From: Thermoanaerobaculia bacterium
Lineage (GTDB): Bacteria > Acidobacteriota > Thermoanaerobaculia > Multivoradales > UBA5704
NCBI GenBank assembly: GCA_044868005.1
Contig: JBIOVX010000157.1
Span: 8,257 to 72,256 of the forward strand
Length of the DNA stretch: 64,000 bases
Direction of reading: 5' to 3'
Shown: positions 38,883-49,464 of the stretch, one piece after another
Numbering within the stretch: the first letter of the stretch is position 1
How the letters are laid out: every line of letters starts with the position of its first letter
Made by a program: the position numbers and the translations under genes
Notes under the pieces: generated by a model
Databases searched by the model: none
The model's input: the letters and a program-made list of their open reading frames with translations, nothing else
Told to the model about the DNA's origin: nothing

Positions 38883-39062
38883 ATGATCGATGATCCGATC
38901 ATCGAAGAACTGCACCGTCATCGCGAGGAATTGTTCCGCGAGTTCGGCAATGATCCGGAGGCTCTCATCAGGTACCTCCAAGAGAAAGAGCGAAGCTCCG
39001 GCCGGACGGTTCAGTCTCCGCCTGCGCCCTCCGCGAAGCGGCCTCGCCGTGCTCGTTATTGA
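38883..39062 (+). CDS. Small hypothetical protein (59 aa)
   Basis: MIDDPIIEELHRHREELFREFGNDPEALIRYLQEKERSSGRTV... is helical with a basic tail. Whether it is really coding is uncertain. Confidence 0.4.
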   Translation: MIDDPIIEELHRHREELFREFGNDPEALIRYLQEKERSSGRTVQSPPAPSAKRPRRARY

Positions 39063-39119
39063 CGGGGATTCGGTGGCCTCTTGCCCGGCTGAGTACGGAA
39101 TGTATTTCGGGGAAGACCT

Positions 39120-39371
39120 ATGGCGCCCCTGACCGTCGATCTGCCAGAAAAACTCCTTTCCGCCCTCTATCAGTCTCGTGACGAGGCAGAGAAGGACGTG
39201 CGCCTCGCGATCGCCATCGAATGGTACCGGCGCGGCGCGATCTCCCAGGGCCGAGCCGCCGAGATCGCCGGGCTCGCACGGGCGGATTTCATTGCCGAGC
39301 TCGCAGCTAGGAAAATCGACGTGATCCAAGTCGATCTTGAGGAGCTAAAGCGGGAGATCGGGCTTGGCTGA
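39120..39371 (+). CDS. UPF0175-family antitoxin-like protein
   Basis: The 83-aa ORF contains ...RLAIAIEWYRRGAISQGRAAEIAGLARADFIAELAARKIDV, which is typical of UPF0175. Confidence 0.75.
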   Translation: MAPLTVDLPEKLLSALYQSRDEAEKDVRLAIAIEWYRRGAISQGRAAEIAGLARADFIAELAARKIDVIQVDLEELKREIGLG

Positions 39372-39445
39372 GGTCGGTCGTTGATGCCTCGCCACTCATT
39401 CATCTCTCCCGAGCCTGTCAACTCTTGCTCGCCAGAACTTTGATG
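39371..39445 (+). pseudogene. Remnant of a DUF3368 (PIN-like) toxin gene, with only about the first 22 codons recognisable
   Basis: The frame starting at the UPF0175 stop reads RSVVDASPLIHLSRACQLLLAR, like the N-terminus of DUF3368 partners of UPF0175. There is no proper start codon. Similarity ends where the low-GC segment and the converging 664-aa gene begin. Confidence 0.45.
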
Positions 39446-39452
39446 CTCTTGT

Positions 39453-41447
39453 TTAATGATCAAACTCATCTACCATCGCAAGCAGGAACAACAACAGATT
39501 GTCCGCCCGGATCTGTAAGTCCGTCAGCTCTCGCGGCGAAAATCCGGCAACCACTTGATGCGTGCCCTTATTAAGGTTTTCTAAAACTGCAAATACAACT
39601 TTCACATCCTTAACCACAAACTGGGTGTAGCGAACACCCCGTCCGTTGCGATTGATGTAGAGCAGCTTCGCTCTCCTGGTGGGCCGACCATCTTTGTAGT
39701 GCCCTGGATCAGAAGTCCATTTCCGTACTTGGTCGTCAGGCGCAACGTCATCCAGCAGCTTGAGCAGAAGCTCGCGCTGAGACACACAGTAGTGCCGCAC
39801 TCGGTCAGGATTGTCCGAATTGAGCGCTGCTTTCGCGCCTAACCACAAAGGCAGAAGGACTGGGGTCCGCGCAGCGAGGCGGCCCCGAAGGGTACTGCCA
39901 CCTTCCTCCGAAACCCTCTGCCGGAGCTCGCTTACCTCCTCTTCCTGCTCTTCTTCTTGGGCCTCCGGCTTCTGGCTGCTGCTACGAACAGTTAGGCTAC
40001 TCAAGAGATTTGAGTGAGCAAACACCTCAACGGCGGATAGTCCTTCTAGGTAGGGCGACCACCCCAATCCTGCCGACTGCTCAACAAGAGCTTCCTGCAG
40101 ATGCTTGTAAGCCAAAGAGAACTGAGCAGTACCACGAGCAATCTCTGCTACATGATCAAAGGTCCCAGCGAATCGTTGCCAGTCTACGCCAGACAAGGCG
40201 TACGCGCTGAACCGGTCAATCTCGGAATATTGCTCCGCGAGTGTGCGTGCCAAGTCTTGCTTGTCGCGGATGGACCGAGCCACAGTATCGAGTTCGGCAG
40301 CGGAGGCATACCCCGCTGCGAGCAGCTTGGCAACGTCCCCAAAGGCGGCACGACGCAGAGCAAGCTCGTCTTGTAGCGTTTCGTAAAGTCTGGCATCTCG
40401 GCCTGGTTCGAGATGCTCCATGAAAGCAGCAGCAGCCGTCCTCGTCTCGAACATCTCCTGAGCGAGAGAGCGACCGGCAACCTGATCCCATTGTGTGATT
40501 CGATCCTGAATCTCCCGCAAGGCGGAGACACTAGAAAAACCGTCGTCTAAGTACCGAGACATTGCCGCGCCTCCTTTGTTGATTGACAGCACCTGCTCCG
40601 CCATTCGAGAATGCTCCATCGCTACACGGGCAACATTCATTTCGCAGAAAGCACGGGATGCATCTCCGACGACCGTCGCAGACGCCCTCGCGACCTCCGA
40701 CAACAAGTCGTCGAAGGGTAACCGTATTAGGTCGTTCGCCGCCAGAGAAGCAAAATTCTTGGCTTCGACCAAACCCAGGTTCTTGGCTGCGATTGAACTC
40801 AGATTTTGGGCCGCTATCGAATCCAAGTTCCTTGCTGCGATAGATCCAAGTTCCTTCGCCGCAACGGAAGGGAAACGATTCGCCGCAAGTGACATTTGAT
40901 CTTTCGCTACCACGGCTGCTGCTTCGAGTGTCGGCTGCAACCGTCGGATCTCCTCTGTCGCCCCGATCATTTCCTGGACCGCCGGTTCCATTTTATGCAC
41001 CCGTTCTCGAGCCTCGTCGAGATAGGGCTGGAGAAACCGAACCTGCTCAGCTGTATCTTGAAGCTGCGGGGCCATTTGGGAAAACTCGGCTGCCGCCGCC
41101 AGGATCGGCCCCACCTGAGCAGCGATTTGTCTGATCTGACGATCTAGCCCCCGGTACACAGCCGGAATGCTTTCGAGAGCCCAGACCTTCTCCTTCAGGC
41201 TGGCCCCGGCCTGTACCTGCTTTTCAATCTCCGCCAGTGCTGCGGGGATTTTAGACGCAGGGTAAAACCTTCTCAGGGCTTTAGTCAGGCGCTGCCTGAG
41301 TTGCTCCTCTCGTTTGCGGAGCAGCTCGGCTTCCTCCTCGGGACCGCGCGGCAGAGAGCCCGGGTTTGCGAGAGTCATATGGACGCGAAAGCGAGGCCGA
41401 CCCGTATCCGGCGTGGGTCGCGCCCCTTCCTTTTGATCCTTTTCCAT
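39453..41447 (-). CDS. Orphan 664-aa alpha-helical protein on a low-GC island (function unknown)
   Basis: The track ORF is 39453..41540. The ATG at 41447 is preceded by GGAGGG at 8 nt. The ORF is uninterrupted despite the lower GC. It has six tandem 8-aa repeats, an acidic linker (QEEEQEEE), and a globular C-terminal domain of about 150 aa. I saw no Walker motif or recognisable catalytic motif. Confidence 0.75.
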   Translation of the reverse strand: MEKDQKEGARPTPDTGRPRFRVHMTLANPGSLPRGPEEEAELLRKREEQLRQRLTKALRRFYPASKIPAALAEIEKQVQAGASLKEKVWALESIPAVYRGLDRQIRQIAAQVGPILAAAAEFSQMAPQLQDTAEQVRFLQPYLDEARERVHKMEPAVQEMIGATEEIRRLQPTLEAAAVVAKDQMSLAANRFPSVAAKELGSIAARNLDSIAAQNLSSIAAKNLGLVEAKNFASLAANDLIRLPFDDLLSEVARASATVVGDASRAFCEMNVARVAMEHSRMAEQVLSINKGGAAMSRYLDDGFSSVSALREIQDRITQWDQVAGRSLAQEMFETRTAAAAFMEHLEPGRDARLYETLQDELALRRAAFGDVAKLLAAGYASAAELDTVARSIRDKQDLARTLAEQYSEIDRFSAYALSGVDWQRFAGTFDHVAEIARGTAQFSLAYKHLQEALVEQSAGLGWSPYLEGLSAVEVFAHSNLLSSLTVRSSSQKPEAQEEEQEEEVSELRQRVSEEGGSTLRGRLAARTPVLLPLWLGAKAALNSDNPDRVRHYCVSQRELLLKLLDDVAPDDQVRKWTSDPGHYKDGRPTRRAKLLYINRNGRGVRYTQFVVKDVKVVFAVLENLNKGTHQVVAGFSPRELTDLQIRADNLLLFLLAMVDEFDH

Positions 41448-41713
41448 ATAGCAACCCTCCACATCGAAGTAATTTTTAAGCCTAGCACAGGCGGAGCTTA
41501 GACCACAAGATCTCGGGGCGTAAGTCTTCCGCCTCCCCAACTAACAGTTCCTCAGTTCGCTTGCGAGTTCACGCTCGCCTGGTTCCAGGCACTCTCTGGA
41601 CTAGCAGCCTCGTACGCTGGTGCACCAAAGGTCTCGGCATTTAAGTCTTGGCGTTCAGAAGAGGCTCCCCGCCGACAGGTGCCGAACAGGGTGCCGAACA
41701 GGTGCTCTTCCTC

Positions 41714-41743
41714 TTGACAATCGAGAGGAGATCCGCGTACCCT
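41714..41743 (+). promoter_or_regulatory. Putative sigma-70 promoter of the padR-permease operon
   Basis: A perfect TTGACA (41714..41719), an 18-nt spacer and TACCCT (41738..41743) lie 36 nt before the ATG at 41779. A tandem ACAGG(G)TGCCGA repeat (41675..41705) lies immediately upstream. Confidence 0.35.
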
Positions 41744-41778
41744 CTTCCTCTTCCCTAGAGCATCGAGAGGAAACACAC

Positions 41779-42117
41779 ATGGGCAAGGACAGCGGAGATC
41801 TCATCCAAGGCACGCTCGACATGCTGGTGCTCAAGGCGCTGGCGCTCGAGCCGATGCATGGGTGGGGGATCACGGAACGCATCCAGCAGTGGTCGGAGAA
41901 CGAGCTCAGCGTCAACCAGGGATCGCTCTACCCCTCTCTCTATCGCCTGCAGCGGCAGGGATGGATCACCTCGGAGTGGCGGACGACGGAGAACAACCGC
42001 CGCGCCCGCTTCTACAAGCTCACCGCCTCCGGACGGAAGCAGCTCGCCGAGGAGCGGCGAAACTGGGAGCGTCTTTCACGGGCGGTGAACCTCGTCCTCG
42101 AAACCACCCTTTCCTGA
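41779..42117 (+). CDS. PadR-family transcriptional regulator
   Basis: LIQGTLDMLVLKALALEPMHGWGITERIQ...VNQGSLYPSLYRLQRQGWITSEW...RRARFYKLTASG is a canonical PadR wHTH. Confidence 0.9.
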   Translation: MGKDSGDLIQGTLDMLVLKALALEPMHGWGITERIQQWSENELSVNQGSLYPSLYRLQRQGWITSEWRTTENNRRARFYKLTASGRKQLAEERRNWERLSRAVNLVLETTLS

Positions 42118-42127
42118 GGAGCGAGCC

Positions 42128-44816
<2,689 letters not shown>

Positions 44817-44836
<20 letters not shown>

Positions 44837-45710
44837 TTGGGGTCACCGTCGCCAGCCCTTCCCCCGAGGCAGCCTTGATCGTGAGCACCTTGGGATCGGA
44901 CTCCCCGCCTCCCGGCTCGGGATTGACGACCGTGATCTCGATCTCCAATCGTCCGGCAAACTCCGCGGTAGCGAGCTTTGCCGTGAGGCTTTGCGGGCTG
45001 GCGAAAGTAGAGGGCAGCTTCTTGCCAGAGGCCTTGACGACGGAATCCTTGACAAAACCCCTACCGGCCAGGGTGAGATCCGCCACCGCGCCCGCTGCAA
45101 CGCTATCGGGGGTGATCGAGGCGAGTTCCGGCCGCGGGTTCTCGCTCAGCTTGTCCTCGCGCTTGCGGTCTTCCTTGGTGGCAAACATCGTATCGAAAAC
45201 CTCGGCGAGCTTGTCGGCCGCCTGCTTCGAGAAAAGACCGGCGAGCCCCGAGAAAGACATGATGCCGAAAAGGTTGAGATCGTCGGCGGTACCGGCACCT
45301 GTGGCCGTTCCGGCGAGACCTCCGCGAACGACGAAATAGACAAAGAGGGCGAGGGCGGCGCCTATGGGTATCCGCAGGACGTACCACCAAGTCCAGGTGG
45401 ACTTAAAGCGCGCGTTGCCGACGTAGCTGGCGAAAGATTGCGCGGCATGCACGTAGCTGCCCAGCGCGCCGGCGAGCAGGACGAGGACGAGCAGCCGCAC
45501 ATCCGCATCCAGATCAACCCGAGCTCCGAAGACATAGCTTTTCTCGATCCATTGCCTGCCGGCGGCTGCCTGCACGGTGCCGGCAGCCCCCGCCGCAACT
45601 GGCTTGGTTTGAGGCCAGAAGGCGACCACGAAGTACGCCAGCAACAAGCCGATGAGGAGGAGAGCGACTCCCAGCCAGCGAGTAGGATTCGGCGACATGT
45701 CCTCGTCCAT
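44817..45710 (-). CDS. Membrane protein with a C-terminal IPT/TIG-like Ig domain
   Basis: The ATG at 45710 follows GGAGG. The product has 4-5 TM helices followed by ITPDSVAAGAVADLTLAGRGF...LEIEITVVNPEPGGGES. The upstream part of track ORF 44817..46160 has no supporting features. Confidence 0.6.
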
Positions 45711-46051
45711 GGCATTGCCTCCGCAGGTGAAGAAAAGATGCGCGTTTCTTGCTAAGTTACCACAGCGGCCCTCGATCCGGCCAAGGCGCTGGAGGCGGGT
45801 CTTCCACCTCGGGGCGCCTCGCATTAGGATTGGACGTCCCGGGTTGCCGAATTCCCGGCACGGTAGGTGCATGAATTCAATGGGTTGAGAGCCCCGGGCT
45901 GATGCCGGCCCCTGAAAGCGTCGAAATAGCGGCGCTTCCTCTCCCGTTGAAGAGTCGGTAAGGCGATCCTCCCAGGCGGAGCGATCCCTCGCAGCAGAAG
46001 TCACCAACTGGGCATTGGATCGATGCCAAGGGAAAGCCGAGGAAAGGAACC

Positions 46052-46918
46052 ATGAAATCGCGAAATACACGCGTTCTCGTCTTCGCCGCCACGCTACTCG
46101 CCGCGCCCCTCCTGCCCGTGTGGGGCCAAGAGGGCCAGGGGCCGGTTCACCAGCGTCCACAGCCGAAGAAGCAACCCAAGGCGCCGCAGGTGATCGTCAA
46201 GGAGACCCCGATCGAAGAGGGGGATCCTCAGCAGGGCACGCCTCAGGATCAGATGGCCTCCCACGACCAGGACCAGACCGCGCCGCCGCAGACCACGCCT
46301 CCGCCGCAGAGCACGCCTCCTGAGCAGACGACCCCTCCCGAGCAGACCCCGCCTCCCGCGCAGGGCACCGCTCCGCAGACGCCTCCGGCGCAGGGCACCA
46401 CGCCTCCCGCGGCGGCCGGCCCGAAGATCGTCAAGCCGGAAGAGATCGGAATCTCCTTCGCGCCGCCGCAGGGCTGGCAGCAGGGAGATCCCACCAAGTT
46501 CAGCCTGCCGGGCGACATCTGCTGCGCCTGGTCGCCGGACAACGTCGCCTCGATCGTGGCCTTCGTGCAGAGGCCGGGCAAGCCCCTGATCCCGAAGGTG
46601 CTCATGGAGCAGAGCGCGCAGGCACTGCAGAGCGCCGTCGGCGCCGAGGTGAAAACCAAGGAGCTCAAGGACATCGGCGGCATGAAAGGCTTCTCGCTGG
46701 TGGTGACGGCGCCGGGCAATGGTGCAGCGATCGACGGCAAGGGGAACGTCTCCACCACTCAGCACTGGGTGGCCGTGCCGCGCGACAAGGACGTGATCAT
46801 CTTCCTGATGACGACGCCCGACGAGGCCTTCGCGCAGAACGAGCAGGTCTTCCAGAGCCTGCTGAGCACATTGAAGATCACGGGCACGCAGACGGCGGAC
46901 CAGCAGGCGTCGAAGTAG
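46052..46918 (+). CDS. Secreted protein with a Pro/Thr/Gln-rich linker and a C-terminal alpha/beta domain
   Basis: It has a signal peptide (VLVFAATLLAAPLLPVWG), a low-complexity stretch QTTPPPQSTPPEQTTPPEQTPPPAQGT, and a 160-aa globular domain. Confidence 0.65.
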   Translation: MKSRNTRVLVFAATLLAAPLLPVWGQEGQGPVHQRPQPKKQPKAPQVIVKETPIEEGDPQQGTPQDQMASHDQDQTAPPQTTPPPQSTPPEQTTPPEQTPPPAQGTAPQTPPAQGTTPPAAAGPKIVKPEEIGISFAPPQGWQQGDPTKFSLPGDICCAWSPDNVASIVAFVQRPGKPLIPKVLMEQSAQALQSAVGAEVKTKELKDIGGMKGFSLVVTAPGNGAAIDGKGNVSTTQHWVAVPRDKDVIIFLMTTPDEAFAQNEQVFQSLLSTLKITGTQTADQQASK

Positions 46919-46945
46919 CGGAATCCTCTGTTCCCGCTGTAGGTC

Positions 46946-47011
46946 TTTCGTAGGGGCGGGGCTTGTCCCCGCCCGCACCGTCTCAGGGCGGGGACAAGCT
47001 CCGCCCCTACG
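46946..47011. repeat. REP-like element, double (inverted) copy
   Basis: TTTCGTAGGGGCGGGGCTTGTCCCCGCCC - 11 nt - GGGCGGGGACAAGCTCCGCCCCTACG. The arms are reverse complements apart from one mismatch. The left arm is identical to 16902..16930. The stop codon of the converging glucosidase gene (47007..47009) lies inside the right arm. Confidence 0.8.
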
Positions 47012-49298
47012 TATTCCCTCCCCTGAGATCACCCATGGCCAGCCGCGCCGCCCGGGCGATCCGTCCGGGCGCGTGATCCAGACCCCACCGCGCCAGACGC
47101 TCCTTCCATCCTTCCTCGCCGGCGTTCACGTCATTGGGCGGCGGCGCGGCGATCACCAGCAGATCGCCCTCGCGCTCGATCACCTCGTGCGTGGTGGTGC
47201 CGTCGGCGGCGCGCTCGAAGCGGAGCGAGACCACGGCGTCGCCCACCCGCACCCGGCGCAGGGTGACGGCGTCAATCCAGTCCGGCAGGCGCGGATGGAT
47301 CAGCGCGAGCACCTTGGCGGGAGCGAAAGGGAAGAGGCCCAGCAGCGTCTGGACGAGCTGCACCATGGCGCTGGCACTCCACGCCTGCGGACAGCAGGAT
47401 CCCGGATAGAGGGTGGGCACGGGAGACTCGTCGCGCCCGTGGCCGCCGAGCGCCTCCGGCAGCCGGCAGCCGTGGAAGTGCGAGGCGGCGTCGAACAGCC
47501 CGGCGGCGAGACGGTCGAGGTGGTCCTCGAGGCCATAGCGCTTGAAGCCGAGCGCGAAGGTGGCGTTCTCCACCGGCCAGACGGTGCCCAGGTGATAGGC
47601 CAGCGGGTTGTAGGAGGGGTGGCGGCTCGAAAGCGTCCGTACGCCCCAGCCCGAGAAGAGGTCCGGCGCGAGGAGGCGGTCGGCGACGGCCCGCGCGTGC
47701 TCGGGCGGCACGAGGCCCGCCGCCAGAGCGTGGCCGGGGTTCGAGCCGATGGACCGCACCGGCTGCTTGTCGCCGTCGAGGGCCATGGCGTAGAAGCCCT
47801 CCTCCTCCATCCAGTAGGCCGCGTGCCACGCCCGAGCGAGCTCGCGGGCGCGGTCCAGCATCTCCTCCGCGCGCTCGTCCTCCTCCAGCGCCACCAGGAT
47901 CTCGGCCATGCGCTGCAGCGCGATGCAGTGGAACGCCTGCTCCTCGATCGTCGACAGCGGGTTCTCCACCAGGCGCCCGTCCGGGTAGCGGATCGCCTCG
48001 TCGGAGTCCTTCCAGCCCTGATTCTTGAGCCCCGCGGGCGAGCGCCGGACCGCTTCCAGAAAGCCGTCGCCGTCGCGGTCGCCATAGCGGTCGGCCCACT
48101 CCAGAGCGCGCAGGGCGGCGCCGCGATACCGGCGGAGCACCGCCGTATCGCCCGTCCAATGCCAGAGCTCCGAGAGGGTCACGACGAACATGGCGGGAGA
48201 GGTCTGGGTGCCGTAGTAGGCGCGCTGGGGAATGATGTCCAGCTCGGAGAGCGGACCGCGGCGCATCTCGTGGATCATCTTGCCCGGTTCCTCGTCCCGC
48301 CACTCGGAGTCCTCCTCGGCCTGGGTCTCGGCGAGCACCGCCAGCGCGCCGCGCAGCATCTCGGGACCGAGGAGCGCGCCCTGCCAGGCGGCGGTGAGGA
48401 CGTCGCGCCCGAAGAGGCCGGTGTACGTGGGCACCCCGGCGTTCGGAAACCAGGCGCCGGGCTCCGGATCGAGCTCCCAGGCGCGCAGCGCGAAGAGGTC
48501 CTCGGCGGCGGCCTCGAACGCCGCGCCGACGACGGGATGCGGCGTCTCGATCCCGGCGCGCTCCCGGCGCCACCGCTCGCGAGCGCGGTCACGGGCAGAG
48601 TCTCCGGGCCGGCGCCACTCGCCGTCGACCAGCGATTCGTAATGGATCTCGGCGCTCCAGCGGCCGCGCGCCGCCAGCGCCAGCGGGAAGCGCAGCCGGC
48701 CTTCTTCCCAGATGATTGTCGAGTCGGCCTCGAGAAAACGAACCCGCAGTCCCCGCCGCAGCTCGCGCCCTTTCCATGCGGCGCGATAGATGAAGGTCAG
48801 CGCGCGCTCGGCCGCGTTCCAATCCGTCTCGACAGTACCCTGTTGCCGCCGCTCGCCGCCGGCTTCCTGCACGTCCGCGAAGTCGGCGTCGAGCTCCAGG
48901 ATCAGCTCCGTCTCGAGCGCTTCCATGCCGTGATTCCGCACCAGCAGCCGCTCCGCCATGCCGCAGCCAAGCCGGCGGGTGATCGAGATCTCCAGGGCGT
49001 CCTGGGGCAGATGGGGTCCCGCCGCCGTGCCGCCGGGACGCGGCAGCCAGAGGCAGGCACTCCAGCGGTCCCAGCTCAGCGCGCAAGCGGAGAGCAGGAA
49101 CGGCTCACGGCCGTCCAGCCGCAGGCGGTGGCGGGAGAGGATGCGTGTGTCGAAATCGTAGAGACCCTCCCGGCCTTCGCCCCGCACCGAGCCGTCCGGC
49201 CGCACCACCAGCACCGTGTAGCCCTGGTGCAGGACGCGGTGCGCCGGATCGAACGGATCGAGGCGCCCGCCGGCAGCGGGAGCTTGGCGGTCTTCCAT
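47007..49298 (-). CDS. Glycogen-debranching-enzyme-like amylo-alpha-1,6-glucosidase
   Basis: I chose the ATG at 49298 (MEDRQAPAAG...). The N-terminal part is GDE_N-like. The C-terminal (alpha/alpha)6 part contains GLFGRDVLTAAW, GKMIHEMR, GWKDS and HLGTVWPVEN. Confidence 0.8.
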   Translation of the reverse strand: MEDRQAPAAGGRLDPFDPAHRVLHQGYTVLVVRPDGSVRGEGREGLYDFDTRILSRHRLRLDGREPFLLSACALSWDRWSACLWLPRPGGTAAGPHLPQDALEISITRRLGCGMAERLLVRNHGMEALETELILELDADFADVQEAGGERRQQGTVETDWNAAERALTFIYRAAWKGRELRRGLRVRFLEADSTIIWEEGRLRFPLALAARGRWSAEIHYESLVDGEWRRPGDSARDRARERWRRERAGIETPHPVVGAAFEAAAEDLFALRAWELDPEPGAWFPNAGVPTYTGLFGRDVLTAAWQGALLGPEMLRGALAVLAETQAEEDSEWRDEEPGKMIHEMRRGPLSELDIIPQRAYYGTQTSPAMFVVTLSELWHWTGDTAVLRRYRGAALRALEWADRYGDRDGDGFLEAVRRSPAGLKNQGWKDSDEAIRYPDGRLVENPLSTIEEQAFHCIALQRMAEILVALEEDERAEEMLDRARELARAWHAAYWMEEEGFYAMALDGDKQPVRSIGSNPGHALAAGLVPPEHARAVADRLLAPDLFSGWGVRTLSSRHPSYNPLAYHLGTVWPVENATFALGFKRYGLEDHLDRLAAGLFDAASHFHGCRLPEALGGHGRDESPVPTLYPGSCCPQAWSASAMVQLVQTLLGLFPFAPAKVLALIHPRLPDWIDAVTLRRVRVGDAVVSLRFERAADGTTTHEVIEREGDLLVIAAPPPNDVNAGEEGWKERLARWGLDHAPGRIARAARLAMGDLRGGNT

Positions 49299-49464
49299 GC
49301 GGATGAGGGGATTCTGCAAGGTGGACGCCAGGGTCCTTGGACATCGGACGGTCAGGCGTTCACGAAACCAGTGGGACCACTCAGGGAGGAGGGAGACGCG
49401 GGAATCCCTCCCCCTAGCCTCGCGTTTTGACTGCCCGGACCGTTTTTCCAACGAGGAACGACGA

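Noticed and set aside
41552-41776. A 74-aa minus-strand ORF between the island gene and padR.
   Set aside because: It has no RBS and an unremarkable short sequence. It overlaps the putative padR promoter and repeat region, so it is probably non-coding.
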